Assembly: GCA_020631045.1 (NCBI GenBank)
Contig: JAHDHZ010000006.1
Location: 6,469-70,468, forward strand
Reading direction: 5' to 3'
DNA length: 64,000 bases
Source: Flavobacteriales bacterium
GTDB lineage: Bacteria; Bacteroidota; Bacteroidia; Flavobacteriales_G; JALEGO01
The stretch's first letter is position 1. Each line of letters opens with the position of its first letter. Made by a program: the position numbers and the translations under genes. Positions 45,299 to 55,300 of the stretch are shown in pieces. Below the pieces are notes generated by a model. The model ran no database searches, had not been told where the DNA came from, and saw only the letters and a list, made by a program, of their open reading frames with translations.

Positions 45299-48200
45299 CT
45301 AGGTTGAATTCTTCTAATTCAAAGGGTTCTTCTACTTGAATGTCAATGTAGTTAGAGTCTGGTTGTTCTTGAGGTTTTTGTGCTTCTTCAAGCTTGATAA
45401 TTTCATCGAGCTTTTGTTTTGCGGTGTTTAATTCTTGCTCGCCTTGGTGGTTTTCTATGATGGAAGACAATGTTTGTTTTGCCAAAAACAAATCGTTTTT
45501 CTTGACGTAAATATCAGAGAGTAAAATAAGTGCCTTAGCAAGCCATTTTTGATTGTCGATCTCTGAGTTTAAAAGTTCGTTGACTTTGGTTTCACTGGCG
45601 TTAAATTGTTCTTTTGAAAAGAGTATTTCGGCAATATTGTACAGAGCCTCACTCTGGTATTGAACCTTGTAGCTTAAAAGAGTTTCAAAATCTTGGATGG
45701 CTTGATCGAGATTCTGAGTTTTCTTATTTGAAATGGCTTTGATGTAAAGAGCTTCAACTTTGGTTTGGTCATCTAATTCAAGGGTTAGTGCTTTTTGAGC
45801 ATAGCTTTGTGCGGCAATAGAATCGTTTAAATAATTTGAAGTGTACATTAGGTTCACGATGGCTTCATCTTGATGCGCTTTTATTTGGGTGGATTGTTCA
45901 ATACTTAGGTAGTGTTTGTGAGATTTTTTATAATCTGATTGATTGTAGTACGCCCTTGCTAGGCGGATATGCGCGTTTTCAGAGAAGTCATTTTCTGGCT
46001 GTTCAGTCACATATTCGTAATGTTTGATCGATTCATCAAAATTTGATGATTTGATCAAACATTCTGCTAAGTAATAGTGGGCTTGAAGATTGAAGATGCC
46101 TGAAATTTCTTTTTGCTCACTTGATGCAATATATTCTTTGAAACCGTTTTGAGCAGCTGCACAATTATTGTCTACATACATTAAGTAGGCTGATTCATAT
46201 ATTGTTGAATCAAGTGAGCTTTGATTGACTTGTACAAAATCAAGTTGCTCAATGTAATTTTTGTAATCTAAGGCGTTGCCTTGTTCAGTATATATTTTTT
46301 TTAGTTGGTTTAAAGCCAAAGAAGCTTGGGCGTAATTTTGATTTAAATCAATGTACTTTTTATATGTATCGATCGCTTTTGAGGTATTGCCTTGGTTGTA
46401 ATACAGTTGGCCTTTTTCAAGTAAGGCTTTTTGGCTGTAAAAAGAACTGCTGTGCTTCAGGCTCAGTTCATCTAACAGACTTAAGGCTTTCTCAGGTTGG
46501 TTATTGAGGCTATATATTTTTGCTAAGTGCCATAAGCTGGCAGGATAATGCTCTGAGGTTTTGTGATTGTTTTGAAAAGCAATTAAGTGTTGTTTTTTTG
46601 ATTCTTGATCGCCGATGATGCCTTCGCACATGGCAATTTGAAAGAGCTGATAATCTTTTTCTTTTTGATCTAACCCGTAGGCTTTTTTGTAAAACTCAAT
46701 AGCAGCTTTATAATCTTTATTGAGCAAAAAGATGTCAGCAGATTTTTCAAGAGCATCTGCATGCATTTCTTTATTTTCAATTTCTGTTTCCATATCAAAT
46801 TTTCTAAACCAAATAAGGGCATTTTTAAGATCATTAAGCTTATAGTAACAGTATGCAATATTGTAATGAGCGATACCAAATTCACTTAAAATAATGGCCC
46901 CTGGAGCATAGATGAAGTTTTGAAAATCAGCAATTGCTTTCTGGTAGTCTTTTAGTTTATAATATCCTTCGGCACTCCAAAAATAAGACAGTGTTTTGGC
47001 GTATTTGTGATGGTTGTATTTTTGAGCTTTTTTATAGTATTGAATTGATTTTGTGTATTGCTTTTGTTTGAAAAGTTGATTGGCGTAATTAAAGGCGACT
47101 TCTTGATAGGCTTGATTGATTTGGTCATCATTTAAATTAATCTGCTCAATTTGTTCAAGCGCATATTCGTAATTTTTAGAGAGCAGCAATACATTAATTA
47201 GGTACTGCTTAGCTTGATTTGATTTTTCTGTATTTGCGTAAGTCTTGATAAATGAAGAAAGTGATTCAATGGCCTCAAAATAGGGGTCAAGAGATGTTTC
47301 ATATGATATTTTAGCCATGGCAAAGGCAGCTTCTAAACCAAGCTCTTCATCAATGTTAATTTTTGCTGCTTGTTTAAAGCTTTTAAAAGCATATTTTGCT
47401 TGTTTGAGCTTTAAGTAACCGTTTGCCATTGAGTAATGTGCCAATTGATTGATGGTGTCGTTTTGCTCAATAGCTTGCTTGAAGTACTCGATAGATTCAG
47501 AAGTTTGATCACTTTTATAAAGTGCATACCCTAAGTGATAGCTTTCAGTTTGTGATATAGGTTTATTTTGAAAAGCCTGTTTTAAAAATTTGGCTGACTT
47601 TGCGAACTCTTTTTGGTGAAAATAAGCTTCGCCCAACATGCGTTTAAGTTCTTGGCCCTTATACTCTTCTAGATCATTTATTTTGGGACTCAAGTAATCT
47701 ATGAGCTGTTGATACTTTTCTTGTTTGTACAGAATGTTAGACTTATAATAAGGAGCAATAAATCCGAATTTTTCATCTTTTTCTAAACTGTCAAATGTTT
47801 TGAGTGCTTCAGAAAAGTTGTTTTGAGCATAGGCAATATGCCCGTAGTAATATTGAGAGGGGGTTTGGTAATTTCCTTGTTTGTCTTTTAGATTGTAAAA
47901 CAAATTCGAAGCCTGATTGAATTTATTTAATCGAAAAAGGGCATAAGCACGTTTGAAATTATATTCATTTTGTTTTTCTGTAGGTTTTGAAGTGAGATTT
48001 AGTAAATCATAATATTTGATTGCATTTTTCCATTTCCGTTTTAAAAAATAGTGTTGTGCTAGAGCGCTTCTGGCATCTTCTGAAAGCGCGTGAGTTGGAT
48101 GCTTTTTTAAGGTTTGCATTAATGAGATATCCGATTTTTTATTGAATAAATAGAGTGCAGCTAGGTCTCTGTAAAAAAGTGCATTTTGCTCAATTTGTAA

Positions 48201-48386
48201 GGGTTGTTTTTCTTTTAAAAGCTCATCAAACAAGACAATGGCTTGGTTGTATACTTTTTTGTTGAAGCACTCTACAGCTTTTTGGTACTGATGGTTTTGT
48301 TCAGCAAGTGTTTGTTGAGCATTGCTGAAAAAATAAAAAGCAACACAAAGTATAAAAGTGAGTTTATATGACTTAAAAGCAAACAT
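45291..48386 (-). CDS. large tetratricopeptide-repeat (TPR) protein with signal peptide
   Basis: 1031 aa with an N-terminal hydrophobic signal. Dozens of 34-residue A/Y/L-pattern repeats occur (e.g. YQKAVECFNKKVYNQAIVLFDELL, AHYSMANGYLKLKQAKYAFKSFKQAAKI). The C-terminal tail is acidic. Confidence 0.7.
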   Translation of the reverse strand: MFAFKSYKLTFILCVAFYFFSNAQQTLAEQNHQYQKAVECFNKKVYNQAIVLFDELLKEKQPLQIEQNALFYRDLAALYLFNKKSDISLMQTLKKHPTHALSEDARSALAQHYFLKRKWKNAIKYYDLLNLTSKPTEKQNEYNFKRAYALFRLNKFNQASNLFYNLKDKQGNYQTPSQYYYGHIAYAQNNFSEALKTFDSLEKDEKFGFIAPYYKSNILYKQEKYQQLIDYLSPKINDLEEYKGQELKRMLGEAYFHQKEFAKSAKFLKQAFQNKPISQTESYHLGYALYKSDQTSESIEYFKQAIEQNDTINQLAHYSMANGYLKLKQAKYAFKSFKQAAKINIDEELGLEAAFAMAKISYETSLDPYFEAIESLSSFIKTYANTEKSNQAKQYLINVLLLSKNYEYALEQIEQINLNDDQINQAYQEVAFNYANQLFKQKQYTKSIQYYKKAQKYNHHKYAKTLSYFWSAEGYYKLKDYQKAIADFQNFIYAPGAIILSEFGIAHYNIAYCYYKLNDLKNALIWFRKFDMETEIENKEMHADALEKSADIFLLNKDYKAAIEFYKKAYGLDQKEKDYQLFQIAMCEGIIGDQESKKQHLIAFQNNHKTSEHYPASLWHLAKIYSLNNQPEKALSLLDELSLKHSSSFYSQKALLEKGQLYYNQGNTSKAIDTYKKYIDLNQNYAQASLALNQLKKIYTEQGNALDYKNYIEQLDFVQVNQSSLDSTIYESAYLMYVDNNCAAAQNGFKEYIASSEQKEISGIFNLQAHYYLAECLIKSSNFDESIKHYEYVTEQPENDFSENAHIRLARAYYNQSDYKKSHKHYLSIEQSTQIKAHQDEAIVNLMYTSNYLNDSIAAQSYAQKALTLELDDQTKVEALYIKAISNKKTQNLDQAIQDFETLLSYKVQYQSEALYNIAEILFSKEQFNASETKVNELLNSEIDNQKWLAKALILLSDIYVKKNDLFLAKQTLSSIIENHQGEQELNTAKQKLDEIIKLEEAQKPQEQPDSNYIDIQVEEPFELEEFNLDE

Positions 48387-48435
48387 CCTATATTACAAGA
48401 TATGACTTTTTTAAGGTTTATCGACACATAAGCCT

Positions 48436-48443
48436 TAAATTTG
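48436..48443 (+). promoter_or_regulatory. candidate -7 box TAAATTTG for the 48487 cargo gene
   Basis: Exact TAnnTTTG match 43 nt upstream of the ATG at 48487, in a divergent intergenic region. Confidence 0.35.
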
Positions 48444-48486
48444 TAAACTCAGACAACCCTTTTTGAATTTTTGCGATTAGTTAGTA

Positions 48487-51327
48487 ATGCAAATTCTAGT
48501 TAAAAAAATATTACTTCTTTCATGCTTGTTAATAAGCTTGGTTTCATACAATCAGACTTATGTGATTAATTCAAGTATGTCAATTGACGATTGTGCGGGC
48601 GAGATTTTTGATAGTGGAAATTTGGGCTCTGGATATTCTGCAAATGAAAATTACACCTTTACGCTATGCCCTAGTGTTCCTGGGTTGAAATCTACAGTAA
48701 CCTTTACAAGCTTTGATTTACATGTAAGTGATGAGTTGTGTATCTATGATGGAGCGACTAATATAGCGCCCTTAATTGGTTGTTTTACAGGCTCTGATAT
48801 CAATGGGGTTACCTTCAATGCGTTTGATGATTGTTTAACCTTTGAGTTTACTTCTGATGCCTCACTTCAGGCAACAGGATGGCAAGCAGAAATATCGTGT
48901 AACAATTGCCAAAAAATTGTTCCTGATGCTTCAACTGATCCGGCTGGATCACAAAACTTAACCAACTTCATTGATATTTGTCAAGGAGAAACGGTCACTT
49001 TTACAGCACAGCCTGATTTTCCTGAAAACAACACCAATTACAATCAAGATTTAAATTCAAGTACTTTTTTTTGGGATTTTTTCAATGCTACATCTCAAGA
49101 ACAAAATCCAACAAATGAGTATTTTTTACCTGGTTATTACCCTGTGTACCTTACGGTCAATGATGTAAATAACTGTTCACGAACCAAGGAGATTTACGTA
49201 GTTCGTGTTGCAGGAGAGCCGCAATACAATGTTTCTTTAGATAATCTAAACCCATTAGCAGGACCTACAGAGGTTTGTATGGGGGCAGACTTTCAGCTCA
49301 ATGCTCAGGCGCAAACTGAAGAGTATACTTTTGTGTATTCAGACAATGGAGATCCTGTATTTTTAGATGATGTGTTGGGAGGTCAATTTGCATCAAGCAT
49401 TCAAATGCAAGATTTTTATTTGGGTCAAACAGTTGGTTCTGTGAATGATATTCCTAATGTTTGTGTGAATATAGAGCATTCTTATATCGGAGATTTGTTG
49501 ATTGAGTTAGAATGTCCTGATGGGACATCAATTGTGTTGCACAATCAAGAAGGTGGAGGTGTTTATCTAGGAGACCCTGTAGATTTTGATGGCAGTAATC
49601 CTACGCCAGGCACAGGTTATAATTACTGTTGGTCGATGCAGGCTAGTAATGAAAATTGGGAAGATTACATCGATAATTTTGCATTGAGTTCAGGAACAAG
49701 TTTGCCTGCAGGCTCTTATCAGCCCTATGAATCTTTTGATGATTTGATTGGTTGTCCTTTAAATGGTGAGTGGGAAGTTGTTGTGACAGATTTATTACTC
49801 TCAGACAATGGCTTTATTTTCGGGTGGTCAATTGAATTTGAAGCAAGTTTGTATCCACCTGGAAATGCCATTACTTTTCAGCCTGAAATCATTGATTCTT
49901 CTTGGACTTCACAAGGAGTGTTGTTGGGTAACAACGGAGCCGTAACAGCTCAAGCGAATTCTTTTCCAAATCAGGCTTATACCTATACTGTTGTAGATAA
50001 TTTTGGTTGTTCTTGGGATACCACAGTCATTGTTGATGTCTTGAAATTACCTGAGCCTGATCTTTTGTATGATCCTGAATGTCTAGATGATCAACCCACT
50101 CAAATGACTGCAAGTTCAAGTTCTCAAAATGGAGCCATTACAATGACCAATTGGCAAGTCTACAGTGATGTCTACTCTGGAAATTCAGCTACGCATGCTT
50201 TTTTAAACTCAGGATTACATGATGTGTCTATTCAAACTGAAGATGCAAAAGGATGTGTGGGTGATTCAACATTTCAAGTAATTGTACATTATGAGCCAGT
50301 GGCAGATTTTACCAATGATTTAGCCTGTATTTACGAAGGCATTACATTTTCAGACCTTTCTTCTGTAAACAATGTAGATCAATTGAATAACTGGAACTGG
50401 GATTTTGGTGATGGTAATTTTGCTTCTTATTCAATACCTCAAGATTATACGCACAATTACGGTGTGGTCAATGCTTTTCAAGCAACCTTAACGGTCACTA
50501 CAGATAAAGGATGTGTAGATGATACGACAAAACAAGTTGAAATTTTTGAACAGCCCAATTCAGATTTCACTCTTGATACCACTCAGGGTTGCGTAGAGTT
50601 GTGTATAAATCCAACAGATATTTCAACATCTGCAACCTCGTCAATTGTTTCATGGCAATGGGATTATGGCAATGGAGCAGGGTCTTTAAGTCAAACCCCT
50701 GTGGTATGTTATTCAGAAAGTGGTAATTATGATTTAAAGCTTATTGTTCAGAATGCTTACGGTTGCTTTGATACTTCAGAAATTAAAGTATTTGCTCAGC
50801 CTTTGCCAGAAGGTGAGTACAGTTATTCTCCAGCTCCACCAACAATTTTAAATAACAGAGTGAAATTTAATGATGAAACATTTGATGCCATGCAATGGTC
50901 TTGGGTAGTTGAAGATAGTGCGTTTTCTGATCAATCGGCCCCTTTTTATACGTTTTCAGATACTGGTTCATATGCCGTGAAGTTAATTGTTGAGAATTCT
51001 TATGGATGTATTGATTCATTGACTAAAATTGTTGATGTTGATGCGGTATACATGGTTTATATTCCCAATAGTTTTACGCCAAATGAAGATTTGTTAAATG
51101 ATGGATTTTCAATTTCAACTATAGGGATCAAACCTGAAGAATTTAGCTTTAAAATTCAAGACAGGTGGGGTAAGGTGGTCTATGAAACGCAGAATAGAGA
51201 TTTTATTTGGGATGGAAAAGCAGATCAAAAATTACTAAAGAACGATGTCTACTTGTACGAGGCAAAACTCTTAGACGTCTTTGACAATACCCACGAATAT
51301 ACTGGCAAGATCATCTTGCTTAAATAA
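48487..51327 (+). CDS. secreted protein with CUB-like N-terminal domain, proprotein-convertase P-domain, PKD-like repeats and T9SS type B C-terminal sorting domain
   Basis: 946 aa. CUB-like block: CAGEIFDSGNLGSGYSANENYTFTLCP...FTSFDLHVSDELCIYDGATNIAPLIGCFTG...FEFTSDASLQATGWQAEISC. P-domain: CVNIEHSYIGDLLIELECPDGTSIVLHN...CPLNGEWEVVVTDLLLSDNGFIFGWSIEF. PKD-like: WNWDFGDGN and WQWDYGNGA. CTD: VYIPNSFTPNEDLLNDGFSI...IQDRWGKVVYE...FIWDGK...DVYLYEAKL. Confidence 0.8.
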   Translation: MQILVKKILLLSCLLISLVSYNQTYVINSSMSIDDCAGEIFDSGNLGSGYSANENYTFTLCPSVPGLKSTVTFTSFDLHVSDELCIYDGATNIAPLIGCFTGSDINGVTFNAFDDCLTFEFTSDASLQATGWQAEISCNNCQKIVPDASTDPAGSQNLTNFIDICQGETVTFTAQPDFPENNTNYNQDLNSSTFFWDFFNATSQEQNPTNEYFLPGYYPVYLTVNDVNNCSRTKEIYVVRVAGEPQYNVSLDNLNPLAGPTEVCMGADFQLNAQAQTEEYTFVYSDNGDPVFLDDVLGGQFASSIQMQDFYLGQTVGSVNDIPNVCVNIEHSYIGDLLIELECPDGTSIVLHNQEGGGVYLGDPVDFDGSNPTPGTGYNYCWSMQASNENWEDYIDNFALSSGTSLPAGSYQPYESFDDLIGCPLNGEWEVVVTDLLLSDNGFIFGWSIEFEASLYPPGNAITFQPEIIDSSWTSQGVLLGNNGAVTAQANSFPNQAYTYTVVDNFGCSWDTTVIVDVLKLPEPDLLYDPECLDDQPTQMTASSSSQNGAITMTNWQVYSDVYSGNSATHAFLNSGLHDVSIQTEDAKGCVGDSTFQVIVHYEPVADFTNDLACIYEGITFSDLSSVNNVDQLNNWNWDFGDGNFASYSIPQDYTHNYGVVNAFQATLTVTTDKGCVDDTTKQVEIFEQPNSDFTLDTTQGCVELCINPTDISTSATSSIVSWQWDYGNGAGSLSQTPVVCYSESGNYDLKLIVQNAYGCFDTSEIKVFAQPLPEGEYSYSPAPPTILNNRVKFNDETFDAMQWSWVVEDSAFSDQSAPFYTFSDTGSYAVKLIVENSYGCIDSLTKIVDVDAVYMVYIPNSFTPNEDLLNDGFSISTIGIKPEEFSFKIQDRWGKVVYETQNRDFIWDGKADQKLLKNDVYLYEAKLLDVFDNTHEYTGKIILLK

Positions 51328-51330
51328 CGC

Positions 51331-52377
51331 TTAAAATTTAGCGCAAGGAATTTGATGCCTTTTGTAAGAGATTTTCTGTTGTCTATTGGCAATTTCCCAA
51401 GAAATAGAAATTTCATGACTCCCTGCTGAGCTTCCTGCTAATCTAGATATGGTAATGTCGTAAGAATAGCCGATTCGAGCTTCTTCAATGTCAAGTCCGA
51501 AAAGTAAGGTGATGGCATCTTGATTGATGTTTTTTAAATCATTTAAGTCATTGATTGACCTGTCTGGGTTGTTTTTTACTAAGGGCAATCCTCTATACCA
51601 AATACCCCAAGTTAAAAGTGGCGTATTGAAATAAGTGCCGACATCTAGTTGATCCCAATTTTCAGAGAGTTTGTAGTGCAAAATAGGTGTCATAGAGAGC
51701 TTGATATGTTTTTTAATATTTTGCTTCAAGGCAATTCTGTATCCGCCATGAAACGAACCTAACAACGGAAGAGTATAAATCGATGTTGTAGATAAATTCA
51801 GATCTTGTTGAGGTCGATTGATGTGTCCTAAAGAAATGCCAGCCCACCACTTTTTGGCGTACAGTAATCCACCAAAAGAAGCATCAAAATAACTAGAGCT
51901 TTGAAAGCCGACATTTGCTGATGAATTGTTCGCGATTTGTGAGGGTAGAATAACTTTTGATTGGTCTAATGCCCTAGTGGCATAGGCAACACCTAATCCT
52001 AGTCGAGCATGTAACACTCTGTTGATCGGAATCATATAAGCATAAGTAGCCTCAGCTTTAGTGAAGTTTAAATCTACTGATCCAGATTTGTCTTTGGTGA
52101 AAATAAATCCAAGCCCGCTATTTTTATCCATGAAATTATGATCTACAGAAAAGTTATACGATCTAAAACTACCTGCAAAGGCAACCCATTGAGCCCTGTA
52201 GATCGCTGCAAATCTAGTGCCGGCAGTATTTCCAGTAAATGCCGGATTTGTATAGGTCGGAGTGGCGTAAAACTGAGAGAACTGAATGTCTTGAGTCCAA
52301 ATTTGGGAGTTGATCCCAAAACAAATAACAATATGTAGTAAGTGTTTTTTCAAATTAACGAACCAAGGTGACATCAC
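51331..52377 (-). CDS. type IX secretion system membrane protein, PorP/SprF family
   Basis: 348 aa. The N-terminal QDIQFSQFYATPTYTNPAFTGNTAG is the PorP/SprF signature, followed by a beta-barrel-like body. It lies immediately 3' of, and overlaps, the 1471-aa type B cargo gene, the classic sprB-sprF-type arrangement. Confidence 0.85.
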   Translation of the reverse strand: MMSPWFVNLKKHLLHIVICFGINSQIWTQDIQFSQFYATPTYTNPAFTGNTAGTRFAAIYRAQWVAFAGSFRSYNFSVDHNFMDKNSGLGFIFTKDKSGSVDLNFTKAEATYAYMIPINRVLHARLGLGVAYATRALDQSKVILPSQIANNSSANVGFQSSSYFDASFGGLLYAKKWWAGISLGHINRPQQDLNLSTTSIYTLPLLGSFHGGYRIALKQNIKKHIKLSMTPILHYKLSENWDQLDVGTYFNTPLLTWGIWYRGLPLVKNNPDRSINDLNDLKNINQDAITLLFGLDIEEARIGYSYDITISRLAGSSAGSHEISISWEIANRQQKISYKRHQIPCAKF

Positions 52378-55300
52378 CAGTTAATGTTTTTTGTTGACCA
52401 TCAATAAAGGTGGCTTTGATTTTCCACATATATGTATCTTGTTGTGCTAATTTGCCTTTGTAATAGCCATCCCATCCGATGTTGATGTCAAAGGTTTCAA
52501 ACATAATTTCACCCCATCTTGAGAAGATGAGCATATGAAATTCAGTAACATAATCAGTGAATGGGAAAAAGACTTCATTTGATGGATTGGTTTTGTCGTA
52601 AACTCCTCCATTAGGGCCATTAGGATTTGGCGTGAAAACATTCGGAGTTTTTATGCTAATAGCAGGATTTACCCGAACAATAACTTCACATGTATCTTTA
52701 CAGTTGAATTCTGTGGCGACATATACCTGAGCTAGGTAATTTCCAGTGTCTTGATAAGTATACACATCAGTTTTACTTATAGAAGTATCGGCTTGGGTGC
52801 TTAGGTCACCAAAATCCCAAAAATAACTGCTGTAAAAGTCTGTTGTAAAGGTTACATCTGGATTGTCAGTGTCTGTAATGATTGGAGTAGCGCTACAATT
52901 GGCTTGCGGTTTTGGATGCACAGTGACTAGAGCTGTTGTGTCAAAGTTAGTAGTACATCCATAAATTGAAGCCATTGATAATTGAATTACAAAAGTATTC
53001 GCTTCATTGTAGGTGTGATTTATAGATGGAGTGTTGTATGTTGTGCCGTCGCCCATTTCCCATTGGTAAAAATCAACGTCTGGGTTTGTAGCTGAATCAC
53101 TTAGCGATAAGCTAAAAGGTTGGCAGCCACTCAACAGTCCATTATTTCGAATCGTTGGATATGGATAAGCAAATATTGTTCTTTGATTGACTACTTGGTT
53201 ATTACACTGATCTGTGACTGTGACGCTGTAAATAGTAGTGTCTAAAATAGTAACGCTATGTGGGCCATTGCCTGAGGGTAGTCCATTGTTCCAGGTATAG
53301 GTGTAGGGGCCGAGAGTACCTTGGTAAGAAGCTTCAATATTTGATGTTGAGCCTTGGCATACGTTTTCTGCATCAATGAGTAAACTGTCAGGATTAAAAA
53401 CTCTGACATTTAAGTAAACACTATCTGGTAATGAAGGGCAGCCATCTTTATCGTATGCTACGACTTGGTATAGAGTGCTGTTGCTAACAGTTACATTGAT
53501 GTTCTCACCGCTACCCCATCCATTGTTCCAGTCATAGGTGTAAGGACCTCCATTTCCGCCAGAAGCAGAGGCAGTCAGATTGTATGAGTCATTCGGACAA
53601 AGTGTGTCATCATTTGAAACAACTGTAAAAATTTGCCCACCAGACAAATCAAGAATTTCAACTGGGATTGAAACGCGACATCCAACACCATCAGTAAGCG
53701 TGACTCGGTATATGCCTATGCCAAGATTAGAGGCTGTTTGCCCGGTTTGGTTTTGAGTTTGAGCATCCCAATTGTATTGATAGGGTAATGATCCACCCAT
53801 AGCCGAAACAGTGGCAGCCCCTGAGGTTTCATTAAAACAATTCACGTGTGTTGTGTCTGTGATTGAAAGTGTCGGTTGGTTGTTCTCTAAGTTGATAGAA
53901 TCAATGGTAGAGCATCCAATCTGGTCAGTTACTGTGATGTAATGCCATGTAGGAGCAAGTTGTGTTGCTGAATCAGTTGTTTGGTTGTTAGAGCTATTTC
54001 CCCACTGATAGTTGTATGGACTGCTACCGTTACTAGCTGATACAAAACCAACACCGTTTAAAGAATCGCAGTCTGGAATCACAGAGTCTATAGATAAAGA
54101 GATTCTGCCAATCCCAACAGTAATACTGTCTGTTTTTATGGGGCAATTAAGTGTGTCAACTTGAGTTTGTGCAAATAAGGTAAAGCTTAAATTGTTGATT
54201 TCTGAAGCAGAGGGAGAATACTGAATAGATGTGCTGTTTAAGTTTGGATTGGCAGAGCCTGAAACGATCCAATCAAAACCTGGCGCGTTGCTAAAGCTAA
54301 GAGAGGCGTTAAAGGGTAAGTCTTCAAAGCAGATGGTAGTGTCAGGGATAATATCAATGGTGGTTGGCTGTGGAATTTTTGTAACAACAATTGTATCTTG
54401 ATCGGTTTTGCAACCGTTGGCATCTGTGATTTCAAACCAATAAGTGCCTTGGTCTACAAAAATATTTTGTGTGCTGTCTAGCGTGCTCCAGGCATAGGTG
54501 TAGGGTAGGGTTCCGTCAGTTGCCATGGAGGTAATTTCAATGCTGTCATAATCAAAACACATGACAGAATCTGGTTGAGGTACAGCTATGGGAGGGTCAA
54601 CAAAAGTTGCTTTTACACTGTCGTAAACTGTAGCACAAAAATCGCTGTTGGCCTCAATCACAAAAGTGATTTCTGACACATTGAAGGTGGTGTTGAGTGA
54701 GTTGAGTCTAAACCTAGTATTTGTTGAAAAGCTAGAGGTAAACGAGCCATATCCGCCAATTCTACTCCACCGAACTGAGCTGTAATTCTCAGCATTTGAA
54801 TTTAAGACAACTTCTTCAGCATTTCTACACAAATTAAAGTCATCTATTAAGCTTACTTTAGGGTTTGGATGAGTTTCTAATGACTGTGTCGCTGTATCTT
54901 TACATCCATCGGGGTCTGTAATGATTAAAGAAATTTCAAATGTGCCAACACTGTCGTATACTAGTTGACTGTTTTGAGAAGAAGCATTGGTTTGATTGCC
55001 AAAATCCCAGTTCCATGAAGTAATCGAGTTGTTGCTGGAGCTGGTAGAAGAGTCAGAGAATGTAATGAGGTCTTCTTTACAATGAGGGGTTGTGTGCTCA
55101 AAGTTTGCTTCTAGGGTTTTTACCTGGATGTTTTTATAAGAAGTGTCAGCGCATTTAGTGCCCGGGTTTGTGATCAGCGTAATGGTGTAATCTCCTCCTT
55201 CAGTATAGGTGTAGCTTGGGTTTTGATCGGTAGATATGTCAGAAGTGATGTTTGTGTCGCCAAAATCCCAACTGTATCCGTACTTTGCGCTTTCTTGACT

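Noticed and set aside
45291-48386. Calling the 1031-aa TPR protein SprE/PorW (a T9SS component)
   Set aside because: It is tempting given the surrounding T9SS cargo. However, I see no convincing lipobox, the length differs from what I recall for SprE/PorW, and TPR repeats alone are not diagnostic. It is left as a generic TPR protein.
51320-51340. Imperfect palindrome acgcttaaaatttagcg across the two convergent stop codons, considered as a bidirectional terminator feature
   Set aside because: The stem is short, AT-rich and has a bulge, and there is no flanking T-run on either strand. It is mentioned in a finding but is too weak to annotate as a feature.
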